A stretch of DNA of 64,000 nucleotides. It comes from an uncultured virus (IMG/VR IMGVR_UViG_3300032321_001739). Lineage: Duplodnaviria; Heunggongvirae; Uroviricota; Caudoviricetes. The stretch lies in IMG/VR virus record IMGVR_UViG_3300032321_001739. One strand, 5' to 3'. Numbering within the stretch: position 1 is the first letter of the stretch; each line of letters begins with the position of its first letter. Made by a program: the position numbers and the translations under genes. Below, one piece after another: positions 1-10,238 of the stretch. The notes below the pieces were generated by a model. The model saw only the letters and a program-made list of their open reading frames with translations. It was not told the DNA's origin and did no database searches.

Positions 1-440
1 TTAGAGGAAATCTAAAATCAAGTCTTACAGATGGTGCTACTAAACTAAAAAGTGGTGGTGGATTATTCGGTGGATTAAGCAACCAAGCAGAAGGTTTATT
101 TGGCGATCTTAAATCTAAAATAAAAAGTGCGGTTCCTTCACTAGATTCAGTTAAAACTAAATTCTCGGAAGCAAAGACTCAAGCAGGCAACGGTTTCTTT
201 GATGTTAGAGGTAATTTAAAATCCAGTTTAACAGAAGGAGCTACTAAACTAAAAAGTGGTGGTGGTTTATTCAGTGGTCTTAGCGAACAAGCTGATGGCC
301 TACTTGGTGGTTTATCTTCTAAAATAAAAAGTGCAGTTCCAGATTTGAGCTCAGTTAAAACTAAATTCTCTGATGCTATATCACAACCAACATCTGGTTT
401 CTTTGATGTTAGAGGTAACCTAAAATCAAGTCTAACTGAA
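1..440 (+). repeat. Intragenic 204-bp (68-aa) tandem repeat, at least 2 copies plus a partial third
   Basis: TTAGAGG recurs at 1, 205 and 409, each followed by near-identical NLKSSLT(D/E)GA coding sequence. FFDVRG occurs again near 660. Confidence 0.85.
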
Positions 441-881
441 GGAGCTAAAATATTAACATCTTTTGATAAGGCAGTAGATGATGCAAACTCACTAACAGAA
501 CAAGTTTCTAAAAAGAAAAATGATACAATAAATTTAGTCAAAGGATTACTTAATAAAGAAGTAGAAGAATCTAAAAATAATATTGGTGGATTTATCAGTG
601 TTGATAATCTTAAAGAAAAATTCACAAATGCTACAGAAATACCATCTAGTTCATTCTTTGATGTTAGAGGACAAATGTCTGGTGATAAAGGAAAAGATAC
701 TAGTTCACTTAATTTAAGAAAAAACTTATTGAACAACACAATAGATAAAATATATAATACTACAAAAACTGGAACATCACCGATAAAAAACAACACACCA
801 CCTCCAACTTCATTCTTCGATTTGAAAAATCAATTAAAAGATTTCTTAGGTGGAACATTAGGTGATAAATTAACAGAGTAA
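3..881 (+). CDS. 5'-truncated repeat-containing protein, probably virion/baseplate-associated; the ORF extends past the window start (the track shows only 345..881)
   Basis: Frame 3 is open from position 3 (RGNLKSSLTDGATKLKSGGG...) to TAA at 881. It contains 68-aa repeats ending in FFDVRG and overlaps the gp5-like start (TAATG). Confidence 0.6.
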   Translation, partial: RGNLKSSLTDGATKLKSGGGLFGGLSNQAEGLFGDLKSKIKSAVPSLDSVKTKFSEAKTQAGNGFFDVRGNLKSSLTEGATKLKSGGGLFSGLSEQADGLLGGLSSKIKSAVPDLSSVKTKFSDAISQPTSGFFDVRGNLKSSLTEGAKILTSFDKAVDDANSLTEQVSKKKNDTINLVKGLLNKEVEESKNNIGGFISVDNLKEKFTNATEIPSSSFFDVRGQMSGDKGKDTSSLNLRKNLLNNTIDKIYNTTKTGTSPIKNNTPPPTSFFDLKNQLKDFLGGTLGDKLTE

Positions 882-3166
882 TGAAAGAAAGAAAAGTTGA
901 ACAGGGTAAAACTTATGTAGGTGTAGTAGAAGATAATCTTGATCCTAACAAAGAAGGTAGGCTTAAGATTCGAATTGTGGATGTTTTTGATGAGGCTAAA
1001 ACTGAAGATTTACCTTGGGCATCACCTTGGAAAGATCTAGCAGGTGGTCAAATTGGAATTCCAGAAACAGGTAAAGTAGTTATTTGTGTTTTTGAACAAG
1101 GTGACCCCTATAAGCCAGAATATATTTCAACCGAACACTGGAACATAAATCTTGAAAATAAATTGAAAGGTCTTTCGGATGCTGATTACACTTCAATGAA
1201 GTCGGTTATTTTCGACCACAAAACTCAGATATATTCAAACGACAGCGAAGGCCTTAAAATGGACTATAAGTTTAACAATGTTAATATCAAAAATAATGGT
1301 ATAAATTTAAATCTTAAAGATAACGAAGGACTTGTAAATATAGGAGATTCAACTGCAAATCAACAAGCTATATTAGGAAATCACTTTCTAAATTGGTTCG
1401 ACTCATTTATAGATGCTTTAATGAATAATACCGCTTTTTTAGGAAACGCAGGAGCTCCTGTTATATCTAATCCAGCATTAATAAGAATACTTGGTCAATA
1501 TAAATCACAGAAAGATTCAACATTTTTATCACATCATGTAAATATTGTAGATAATAATAAAGTTTCATCTGTTAAATTAGATAAAAGAGAGGAAACAGCT
1601 CAATCTGGTGACACTTGGAAGTCAACTAAAACAGAAAACACACTTACTACAACTTCAACAGAGACAAATAAACCAACTGAAGGAGCAAAACCACCTTATG
1701 ATGAAAAACATGTAGAGCCACCTACTGATACACCGGGAGTTCAACCAACAGTGCAACCACCAGCAAAACCAGTTGAGGCACTTCCTGAAAAATCATTACC
1801 TGTGTCTAATAAAAAAATTGAGAAGTTAATTTGGTTTCTTAAAAATAAAAACTACACAATTTATGAAGTTAATTTTCAACTAAATATTGTAGCATTTCGA
1901 TCAAAAAACCAAGTTAAAGACGAAGAAAATGGTAATGTGACAAATTTATTTGATGAAGAACTTTGTGTTTTTTATAAAAATGAGAACGGAAATTGGGAAA
2001 TATTTGAATACTCTATTACTACTGTTCCGGGATATGTTGCTGGGAAAACAGAACTACCCGAAAAAGTAGGTATATTAGTTTTAGGACAATATATTGAAAG
2101 ACTTAGAATAATTAGCTATCTTGGAAATTCATCTTATCCGGCTTTATCATTTGACGAGTGCTCGATTCATAGAAATGATAAACTTGATAGATATAATTTT
2201 TCTGCTCCAATTGAGATAGGAAATTTTGCTATGACAATTCATAGATCATCAGAGGTAAATTCTAGTGAGTTTGTTTTCAATTACTCAGAAGGTGCTCAAG
2301 TTTTCAAAAATCTCAATCAATATGAGCAATTTATGAAAATTTGCCAAAATCAAGTTGATAAAGGAGGTAAAACCACTTTTACTTATACATTATGTTCTAA
2401 AAAAGAATTTGATGAATATCTTAGTCCAGATGAACAGAGAGAACTTATAAAAACTATACCAACATCTACACAACCTACAGGTATCAATCCTACGGCGTCT
2501 GAAACCAATTCAGCAACACAAAGTTTACCAAGTAATGACTACAAAGCAGAAATGACACTTTTAATAAGAAGAAGATTTACTTCTGAACCAGGTAAACCGA
2601 GTATTAAAAGTTTTATCGATAGATTTACTAAAGATAATTCTAACACATTTGATGTTGATAAAATAATTTCTTTTGGTGAGGGAATTGGTATAAAAAATAT
2701 CGAATCTCTGTTAAAATCTATTGCTGGTCAACAAAAATCTGTAATTGGTGATGATGTAATTAAGTATTTAATTTTGAAAAAAGTTTATCCTAAATTAAAA
2801 AGAGAACTACAGAATCACATTAACTACTTAATTAAAAAAGGAAAACTTAAAAAGGATGATTATTTTTATTCATCAGATGGGAAATCCTCAATTGAAAAAG
2901 GATTGTTTATTTATAGAGTTTCTTTTCCGAAAAATCCAGATCCAAAAGTGCCGCCTCCGACAAGTCCACCGACAAGTCCAACTGTAGTAAAGAATTTAGT
3001 TTCGGAATCTGGATACAAAGGATTGACAACTACATATACCAACATTATGCTACCAAATGGTCAATTAAATCCAAATAAACCGTCTAAAAATAATAGTTGG
3101 GTTATAGAGGATAAAGATCCATCAAGATGGTTTGTTGAAATAAAATTTGTTCCTTTTGCTAAATAA
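881..3166 (+). CDS. T4 gp5-like baseplate hub/spike protein: N-terminal OB domain, Pro/Thr linker and a YkuD/L,D-transpeptidase-like domain
   Basis: GVVEDNLDPNKEGRLKIRI...LPWA is the typical gp5/VgrG OB-fold signature. A later IHRS...NYSEGAQVF resembles the H-x(n)-S-x-G-C motif. Confidence 0.75.
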   Translation: MKERKVEQGKTYVGVVEDNLDPNKEGRLKIRIVDVFDEAKTEDLPWASPWKDLAGGQIGIPETGKVVICVFEQGDPYKPEYISTEHWNINLENKLKGLSDADYTSMKSVIFDHKTQIYSNDSEGLKMDYKFNNVNIKNNGINLNLKDNEGLVNIGDSTANQQAILGNHFLNWFDSFIDALMNNTAFLGNAGAPVISNPALIRILGQYKSQKDSTFLSHHVNIVDNNKVSSVKLDKREETAQSGDTWKSTKTENTLTTTSTETNKPTEGAKPPYDEKHVEPPTDTPGVQPTVQPPAKPVEALPEKSLPVSNKKIEKLIWFLKNKNYTIYEVNFQLNIVAFRSKNQVKDEENGNVTNLFDEELCVFYKNENGNWEIFEYSITTVPGYVAGKTELPEKVGILVLGQYIERLRIISYLGNSSYPALSFDECSIHRNDKLDRYNFSAPIEIGNFAMTIHRSSEVNSSEFVFNYSEGAQVFKNLNQYEQFMKICQNQVDKGGKTTFTYTLCSKKEFDEYLSPDEQRELIKTIPTSTQPTGINPTASETNSATQSLPSNDYKAEMTLLIRRRFTSEPGKPSIKSFIDRFTKDNSNTFDVDKIISFGEGIGIKNIESLLKSIAGQQKSVIGDDVIKYLILKKVYPKLKRELQNHINYLIKKGKLKKDDYFYSSDGKSSIEKGLFIYRVSFPKNPDPKVPPPTSPPTSPTVVKNLVSESGYKGLTTTYTNIMLPNGQLNPNKPSKNNSWVIEDKDPSRWFVEIKFVPFAK

Positions 3167-3207
3167 TGATTTTATATATTTAATATATAAAAATAAAAGT
3201 TTTTAAA

Positions 3208-3462
3208 ATGGATAATCCTAAATACTTAGTGAATATAGTTTATGTTCCAGCAAGAGTTACCGGGCAACAAAAAGTCTCAGTAAACGGAGTAACTCAATCT
3301 ATGCCGGCTTATAGTGGTGATATGTTTGTAGCATCAATGCCTGAAATTAGAATCGCGGCTTCGGGATCTTCTTACGCAACTGCACTTAGTAATTTGTTAT
3401 TGATTGCAACTGCTTCTACTACCTATGGTAATGGATTCAGTCCATTAGGCGGGTATCAATAA
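3208..3462 (+). CDS. Hypothetical protein (late promoter)
   Basis: 84-aa ORF preceded by TAATATATA at 3181. Confidence 0.6.
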   Translation: MDNPKYLVNIVYVPARVTGQQKVSVNGVTQSMPAYSGDMFVASMPEIRIAASGSSYATALSNLLLIATASTTYGNGFSPLGGYQ

Positions 3463-3482
3463 TTAAAACTTGACTGTATTTT

Positions 3483-5681
3483 TTATCCACCCATAAGTTT
3501 TAACATTAACTTATGAAGATTTCCGCCCTTACCCGGTGACTTTAAGTCTGTTGGTTTAAATCCAAATTTAGCCAATTCGGCTTTTAAAGGTTCCCAGTAT
3601 TTAGGTATTAAATCTGCTTTAATTTCAAAGTGGTGATACTCGGATATACCCCTTCCAAGGACAATACCCTCAGCCGGCTTACTTTTGGCCCAAGAAGCAC
3701 CCCACGTTATATCACCTTGACCTTTAACAAAATTATTAATAGTTTTAGTTAATTTAGGATCTACTGCTAGATTCTTATTATCATAAATACTCTTCCATGT
3801 AAATCCTGGTATAGTAAAAAGAACATCTATAGCCAATCCAGCACCGTGTAAAGAAGCGGCCGCTCTTAGTGGAGAATTAGGATAAGCAGACTCTTTTAGA
3901 TTTCTCATCACACCATTGTTTCCAATTTTTGCACCAGGATATCCATTTTTATTTAAATAACTTTGTAAGTCTTTTAATATTAGTTCTAATCTATGACCCG
4001 CTAGATTTGTCATAAATGTTCCAGCTTTGTTTGTAAGTTTACTACCAAGTATTGGTCCGTTACCAACAGGAGACTTATCAACTTCACCAGCAACTGGATT
4101 AACAACCTCAGTAGTAGTATTGCCTATAAAAACTCCCTGTGATTCATCATCTGATGGTCCAGTAGGCTCATCATCTATTGAGTTTAACTGTGCTATAAAT
4201 TCCTCCTCTGATCCTAAAAACTCTTCTTCCAAAAACTCAGGTGCTAAACCAGATAAATCATCAGTAGAGTCGCTGTATAAAAATCCTTCAACCGGCACAT
4301 CAGACTCAATATCACCTACCCAAATAGTAAATTTTGGTGCCGGTTCATCTGTTTTGACAATCCAATTTTCCGGAAAAACAGGATTTAATTTTATAAGTTC
4401 AACTTGACTTTGAGTAGCAGCGGGTGGAATAACAGAACCGGAACCACCGGTAGCTGGATTCGGAGTAAATACGTTTGGATTATCACCCACAGTTTCCCAC
4501 TTAAAGACTTTACCCGACTCAACAAAGGTTCTCTTTGATGAGTAATCATTTATTAAGTCTGTTATAGGAAATGTATAACTCGGATTTGCTAATCTTAAAC
4601 TATAATTTTTAGCTGATGGATAAGCAGTTGATAAACTCTTTACCCAATTCTCAATTATATTACTTACAATAAATTCATCTTTAACATCATAACTGTATGT
4701 AAGTGAAACAGGAATTACAGAGTTTGTTATACCACCAGCAAATTCCAAAACATATCTTGGTGTGTATTTATTATCAAATGACCAGAATCTATCAAACTCC
4801 TCATTTTCTTCATCAATAGTTGGTTGTTTCAAAGGACTCGGAACTATATAAAAACTTTTAAAAATATAATTAGGAGTATTAACTTCCTTTAGTGTTTCAT
4901 CTGAATATTCATATCCGGAGATATTTCTGGTAAAAACAGATGGTCCTGTTTTAGGTAGTGTTAAATCCAATAAATTACCAGAAACCGTAAGGATATAATC
5001 ACCGGTCATTTGTTCAAACCCATTATTTAAAGCGTTGCTTTGTGCATGAGCTAAAGCCGAATCTATTGTATAAGACTGAGATAAAGTAAAACCGTAAAAT
5101 TCATCTATACTACCAGTTCCTGTTGTTGTTTTATAGTTTAATTCGAAAAAATTAGGTAAATCAACATCTATATCAGATGGTGAAAAACCATCTAAAAATA
5201 AAGCAGTATCTACTAAAATTTTAGTAGGATCGGATGCTGTTCCATTACCATAAACATAATAAGCTTCAAATTCGTATGATATTTCAAGATTTTTTCTCCA
5301 AGATATATTTATATAAGCTCCATTATTTAAAAAATAAGGATCCTCTCCATATTTTCTTAATTGGGGAACTTCATCACCCCATGGATTCTGAACTATTTTA
5401 AATAATGAATTTCCTAGTTTAGAACCAATTCTATTTGCTTCTATTTCGGAATTACTAGCTATATACTCTTGTAGAATCTCGTCATTGGTTTTATCTTGGT
5501 ATCTAGCACCTTCATAAATAACTTCTGGCCAATAAAGCTGACTACTTATAGAAACTTGACCACGTGCTATTCTTTGAGCGGTGGAGGCGGTTCCCTGTAA
5601 CAACATCACCCTTAAATCCAATGCTCCTGTATTAGCACCCTCTACTATTTTTCTTACTCTAACTTGTTTTATAGTATCCAT
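3483..5681 (-). CDS. Virion-associated protein with C-terminal M15-type Zn peptidase (peptidoglycan hydrolase)
   Basis: SLHGAGLAIDV (H-x6-D) and WG...EYHHFE motifs; acidic linker; located in the baseplate operon. Confidence 0.7.
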   Translation of the reverse strand: MDTIKQVRVRKIVEGANTGALDLRVMLLQGTASTAQRIARGQVSISSQLYWPEVIYEGARYQDKTNDEILQEYIASNSEIEANRIGSKLGNSLFKIVQNPWGDEVPQLRKYGEDPYFLNNGAYINISWRKNLEISYEFEAYYVYGNGTASDPTKILVDTALFLDGFSPSDIDVDLPNFFELNYKTTTGTGSIDEFYGFTLSQSYTIDSALAHAQSNALNNGFEQMTGDYILTVSGNLLDLTLPKTGPSVFTRNISGYEYSDETLKEVNTPNYIFKSFYIVPSPLKQPTIDEENEEFDRFWSFDNKYTPRYVLEFAGGITNSVIPVSLTYSYDVKDEFIVSNIIENWVKSLSTAYPSAKNYSLRLANPSYTFPITDLINDYSSKRTFVESGKVFKWETVGDNPNVFTPNPATGGSGSVIPPAATQSQVELIKLNPVFPENWIVKTDEPAPKFTIWVGDIESDVPVEGFLYSDSTDDLSGLAPEFLEEEFLGSEEEFIAQLNSIDDEPTGPSDDESQGVFIGNTTTEVVNPVAGEVDKSPVGNGPILGSKLTNKAGTFMTNLAGHRLELILKDLQSYLNKNGYPGAKIGNNGVMRNLKESAYPNSPLRAAASLHGAGLAIDVLFTIPGFTWKSIYDNKNLAVDPKLTKTINNFVKGQGDITWGASWAKSKPAEGIVLGRGISEYHHFEIKADLIPKYWEPLKAELAKFGFKPTDLKSPGKGGNLHKLMLKLMGG

Positions 5682-5683
5682 AA

Positions 5684-6214
5684 TTAAATTCCACCTATAT
5701 TAAAGTTTCCATTTTTAATCACAACCGCATCTTTTGGATTCGACTTAGCGATTGGTGGAAGTGCCAATCCGGTTTTGTTGTAATTAGATCTTGAATTATC
5801 CACTCTAGTCTTTTTAGAAGGAACTGAAATTGCTCTTAAAGCTTTGTTTGCCTCAGCTGATAAATCATCCTCTTCGGTGATTCTATAAGACCCTAAATCT
5901 ATTATAGAAGGATATTTTATAATTTGACCACGTTTTATATTCAGAGGGTTGTCTATATTATTAATAGTCAATAATACATCTATCTCACCATAATAGTCTT
6001 CAATACTTATGTAATCCAGTTCATAAATACTTTTAAGAATTAAATCAATTCTCATTTCTTCCTCCATAGGAACAACATACTCATTGATTTTAATTGTTCC
6101 AACTGAGTTTCGTATTGTAGATTTAAATAAATCAAAAAGAGCACCCTCTTTGTCTAATTTTTTTACCTGCTCATACAATGACTTTATGTTTAGACCGTCG
6201 CTTAATGATGACAT
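5684..6214 (-). CDS. Baseplate wedge protein, gp53/LysM-like
   Basis: EMRIDLI..SIY...LLTINNIDNPLNIKRGQIIKYP pattern; near the gp5-like gene. Confidence 0.6.
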   Translation of the reverse strand: MSSLSDGLNIKSLYEQVKKLDKEGALFDLFKSTIRNSVGTIKINEYVVPMEEEMRIDLILKSIYELDYISIEDYYGEIDVLLTINNIDNPLNIKRGQIIKYPSIIDLGSYRITEEDDLSAEANKALRAISVPSKKTRVDNSRSNYNKTGLALPPIAKSNPKDAVVIKNGNFNIGGI

Positions 6215-6216
6215 TT

Positions 6217-8325
6217 TTATTTATAATTTTTTATAGCATTTTGTTTAGCAGCCTCAAGAGCAAGTGCCTTAGCTGACTCAATACTCTCAGTTGGTTTATA
6301 TTTAGCAATACCTGATGTGAAAGGTGTACTCTTACCGTTAATCAAGAATTTAGCAGAAGCCTGTAATAAGATAAACTCAGGTTTAGGATCGGGTTCACCT
6401 GGTCCAGTTGGTGGTGGTTCCTCTGACCCACCCGCATAAATCTCACCTACTTGTAGATACGCAGCTTCACCATCTAATGTGGCCGTTAAATTATTAGTCA
6501 CTGGTTCCTCGACAGGTGGATCAGATGAGTTAGGATTTGAATTCACTGATGTATCACCAAGACCTTCTTTAGAGACGACATCGTTCGTTGGTGGAGGAGG
6601 GTTTGTTGCCGGAGTCGATCCACCCGGAGTCGTAGTTGATGTAGTCGTTGCTGTTTCACCTGATTGGGTCGCATAATGATAAGCATTTGATGAAAGAGCT
6701 TCTGATGGATTTAACATTGTTACGTCTTTTACAACATTCACAGTTCTGATATTTCCAGTATTAAACTTAGCCATAATTTCTTGTAAACCCCAAGGTCTAG
6801 CATTTTCTAATGTAAAGTCTATTTTAATATTTGCAGGTAAATCATTAAATGCCAATGTCGAACCCATTGTTAACTGAACAGTTGTTGTATACATATCACC
6901 TGAACAAAAGATAGGTCTTAGTGGATTTCCAATAGTAACGTGCCAAGGTGTTGATGGCATACCAGTTAAAGCATAAACAACACCTTTAACCGCTTCTTCA
7001 TATTTATTTACAGTTTTAGAAAGAGCAGATCCAATAGTGTTAAAAAAATTAGTAATCAAATCTGATGCTTTTTTAGCATTTTCAAGTGCTTTCTTTTTTT
7101 CATCAGCTTCTTTTTGTAACTCAGCCGGATCTGGACTACCCGATTCTTCTGGATCTTCTTCTCCACCAGCAGCGACTGCTGCATCCGCTTCTGCACTTGC
7201 GGCGGCTGCTTCATCAACAAATTGTTTGAAAAATTCAGTGACTGTTTTCACTACCTCTTGTACTGCCTCTCTTAATGCAGAAACTACTTTATTAAGTAAA
7301 ATTTTAGGATTTTTAACAGCTGCTATAATTGATGCTCCGAATCCACCTGAAAGACCGTAGTTATCACTTGGTGATGTCCCGAATCTAAGAGCATTTTGTA
7401 AAATATCCATATAAACTATAGTAGGATCAATACCTGATATAAACTTTTGTTCATACTCAACCGTTACTTTAATCGAAACTTTACAATCTAAACCAGAACC
7501 AGGTTCACCTTGAGCAACTGTTTTCCTTCTTTTAGCTTCTTTAATTAAATTTGGATTTCCAGCTGGTAGTCTATCTCCACCAGCATTTTGTTCATAAACT
7601 CCAATTTTTGCTAATACAATTCTTGTTAGTGTTTCTGACCAACCAGGTAGAGGAATAGCATTAAACAGCTCACCTCCAGCTCCACCCAAAGGCGACATTT
7701 TTAAAAGATCTTGGCCAATACCATTCACGATGTCAGTAAAATCCGCTGCCGCTGCTTCCCATTGTTCACCAAAAGAGATATCTAAAAAATCCTCACCAGG
7801 TATTCTCCAAGAAATCAAAACCACTATTGGATTCGATTTAATTCCAAATATATTATCTATTTGAGGACCACCAAATCTTCTACAAACAATTAGTCTGTTA
7901 TTCGGATAAACTCCTAAGTTTTTTAAATAAGCAAAATCAGACGGTCTAAGAGCAGCGGCACTACCTGATGTTTTTTCCACTATGTTTAATATAGAAGTAT
8001 CATAAACATCGTTATTGTGTAAAGTCTTTCTTGTGATACCATTATAAGAATCATCAGTTCCTAAACCAGCATTCTCCTCTTTACCAGTAGTGTTGATATT
8101 ACCCCAGGCTTTTACAGCAGCACCTCCGGAAAATACAGAGAAAGCTCCGTCTTTTCTACTAAGACCAGCTTTTTTAAGTTTAGCTTTATCAGCTTCACGA
8201 CCAGAGTTATAAAGGTTAACATTTAAGTTTCTACTTTTACCTCCGTTAAACGTAGACATACCATCAGAAGTAGGCCCACTTTTGACACCAATTAAACCGA
8301 GAGGGGAACCACCTAATACAGGCAT
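6217..8325 (-). CDS. Putative baseplate/tail structural protein
   Basis: 702 aa, first gene of the operon behind TAATATATA (8347-8355, minus); Gly/Pro/Thr-rich linkers. Function inferred from context only. Confidence 0.45.
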   Translation of the reverse strand: MPVLGGSPLGLIGVKSGPTSDGMSTFNGGKSRNLNVNLYNSGREADKAKLKKAGLSRKDGAFSVFSGGAAVKAWGNINTTGKEENAGLGTDDSYNGITRKTLHNNDVYDTSILNIVEKTSGSAAALRPSDFAYLKNLGVYPNNRLIVCRRFGGPQIDNIFGIKSNPIVVLISWRIPGEDFLDISFGEQWEAAAADFTDIVNGIGQDLLKMSPLGGAGGELFNAIPLPGWSETLTRIVLAKIGVYEQNAGGDRLPAGNPNLIKEAKRRKTVAQGEPGSGLDCKVSIKVTVEYEQKFISGIDPTIVYMDILQNALRFGTSPSDNYGLSGGFGASIIAAVKNPKILLNKVVSALREAVQEVVKTVTEFFKQFVDEAAAASAEADAAVAAGGEEDPEESGSPDPAELQKEADEKKKALENAKKASDLITNFFNTIGSALSKTVNKYEEAVKGVVYALTGMPSTPWHVTIGNPLRPIFCSGDMYTTTVQLTMGSTLAFNDLPANIKIDFTLENARPWGLQEIMAKFNTGNIRTVNVVKDVTMLNPSEALSSNAYHYATQSGETATTTSTTTPGGSTPATNPPPPTNDVVSKEGLGDTSVNSNPNSSDPPVEEPVTNNLTATLDGEAAYLQVGEIYAGGSEEPPPTGPGEPDPKPEFILLQASAKFLINGKSTPFTSGIAKYKPTESIESAKALALEAAKQNAIKNYK

Positions 8326-8357
8326 AATTCAAAAATAATTTTGGGTTATATATTAAA

Positions 8358-8747
8358 TTAATAGTCTCTTATGATTTGAGAATTTGAAAATTTTGATAAA
8401 TTTCCTAAGACATCGTCCATTACTTCTGGACTTTTTCTAAACTCGTTGTAAAATATTAAAACATTGAAGTTATTTTCACCGAGAATCTTTTTAAGATTTA
8501 ATAGTTTTTCGATTGAGAATTCTTGATCGAAATCAGGAATGTAATAAATATCTTTCTTTTTGTCTATTGCTTGTTGTATTTTATTGAAGATAATTATTTT
8601 CAAATAAGTCTTATCATTTGTGAAATCGACTTCTTCTTCGTCTATAATCTTTTTAATATCAATTATATACTTATTTTTGACCCGATTGACTTTGATGAAC
8701 TTATCAAACTTTTTCCTGGTTTTACAATAGACGCAAAAGAATTCCAT
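8358..8747 (-). CDS. Hypothetical protein
   Basis: 129-aa ORF with phage-like composition. Confidence 0.55.
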   Translation of the reverse strand: MEFFCVYCKTRKKFDKFIKVNRVKNKYIIDIKKIIDEEEVDFTNDKTYLKIIIFNKIQQAIDKKKDIYYIPDFDQEFSIEKLLNLKKILGENNFNVLIFYNEFRKSPEVMDDVLGNLSKFSNSQIIRDY

Positions 8748-8824
8748 TCATATTTTTTAATTTATGGAAATATATATAAACTAAAATACCTTTCCCTTTC
8801 AAATAATAAATAGGTTTGATATTT

Positions 8825-8833
8825 TAATATATA
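8825..8833 (+). promoter_or_regulatory. Putative phage late promoter TAATATATA (representative; many copies in the window)
   Basis: The motif recurs upstream of structural, lysis and N-tagged genes, e.g. 3181, 8347 (-), 10226, ~27445, ~35922, ~39745, ~59215. Confidence 0.7.
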
Positions 8834-8838
8834 TCTTT

Positions 8839-10224
8839 ATGAAGAAATATTCTGACAAATTTCTAAACCAGTCTTCAAAACTTAAAAACGCAGTCATTGG
8901 ATTTGAGTTTGAATTTTATATGAAAGACCTTTCTTATTATAAGACACTTGAACTTTTAAACCAAGAATTAAAGCCTGTAAAGGTATGGGGGTTTAGGCAA
9001 TATCACTCTGATTTCACACCTGACTCTCAGAACTTTAAAATTGAACCTGATCTTTCGGGTGGTTCAAACATGGTCGAGTTGGTTACGGGTCCTATGGATT
9101 TCTATGACGCGAAATATTATCTAATAAAAATTATTAATTTTATTCAAACACACGGTTATACGAATGAAAAATCATCAATACACTTTAATATATCATTCAA
9201 AGATAAAGATCTTAATGACTTAAATCCACTAAAATTGATATTGAACATAGACGAAGATGAGATTTATAGAGCTTATCCATCAAGAAAAGGTAATATCTAT
9301 GCTAAAACTGTAAAGAAAATTATACCTTTTAAAGAATATGACTTTTTTAATATTCCAATTATGGTTGTTAAAAATAACATGAGGCTACCAGCTGATAAAT
9401 ATTTTGGTATAAACTTCTTACATGTAAACTCTGATAAACAACAACAAAGATTGGAATTTAGATATATCGGCGGTCAAGACTATGAAAAAAACTCAGGTCA
9501 GTTAATTTATTTCTTAGAAAGATTTATTATAGACTCTTATGACTCAATTGACGTAGATTTTGATATGGAAGATGCCAATAAACTTGAAGAATACTTAACA
9601 AATAATATCAAATCATATAAAAACCTATCTAAGTATGATAATTTTATAGTAGAATTTCCAACTATTCAGATTCAAATTGACCAGAATTCTCAATATGATG
9701 TTGTTTCAACATATTATAGTAAGATTTATAGTAGAATTTTCAATCTTATAGATTCAACTCAGGATTTAAAAGAATGTATAGTAAACTATGTTACATCATC
9801 ACAAACACTAGAGGTTGTTGATGGTTATATAAAAACAACAACAACAGTAAGAAATTTAGACTTTGTTAATTCTAAGATAGAAGGTATTTTTGAAGATTGT
9901 CTTTTCTTAGGATGTGAAATAAATAGGTCACAGTGTATAAAATCAAAACTACTACAATCAGATGCCGATGACTCAAAAATACTTAATTGTAGAGTTGACC
10001 AAACTACTTTAAATGATTGTTACTTTATGGATGGTTATCTTAATGGTGATATGTATGGTGGTGTATTCCGTTCAGGTAAACTTGGACCTTACGCAACTAT
10101 GGATTCGGAAGTTAAAATAGTAACAGATAACAATAACTTCTTTGATACTAAATATGAAGATGATGCTAAAGGTGATAAAAAAGGAGTTATCACAGGATAT
10201 GGTAAAAGTTTTGGCAATAAATAA
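8839..10224 (+). CDS. Putative amidoligase (COOH-NH2 ligase, Amidoligase_2-like)
   Basis: GFEFEF, EPDLS...ELVT, SIHFNIS, KYFGIN and LEFR motifs occur in the order typical of phage amidoligases. Confidence 0.65.
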   Translation: MKKYSDKFLNQSSKLKNAVIGFEFEFYMKDLSYYKTLELLNQELKPVKVWGFRQYHSDFTPDSQNFKIEPDLSGGSNMVELVTGPMDFYDAKYYLIKIINFIQTHGYTNEKSSIHFNISFKDKDLNDLNPLKLILNIDEDEIYRAYPSRKGNIYAKTVKKIIPFKEYDFFNIPIMVVKNNMRLPADKYFGINFLHVNSDKQQQRLEFRYIGGQDYEKNSGQLIYFLERFIIDSYDSIDVDFDMEDANKLEEYLTNNIKSYKNLSKYDNFIVEFPTIQIQIDQNSQYDVVSTYYSKIYSRIFNLIDSTQDLKECIVNYVTSSQTLEVVDGYIKTTTTVRNLDFVNSKIEGIFEDCLFLGCEINRSQCIKSKLLQSDADDSKILNCRVDQTTLNDCYFMDGYLNGDMYGGVFRSGKLGPYATMDSEVKIVTDNNNFFDTKYEDDAKGDKKGVITGYGKSFGNK

Positions 10225-10238
10225 ATAATATATAGGAA

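Noticed and set aside
179..7360. Track ORFs 179..796(-), 4027..4407(+), 6479..6676(+), 7037..7360(+)
   Set aside because: They are antisense shadows of longer genes, with Ser/Phe/Leu-rich composition typical of reverse frames.
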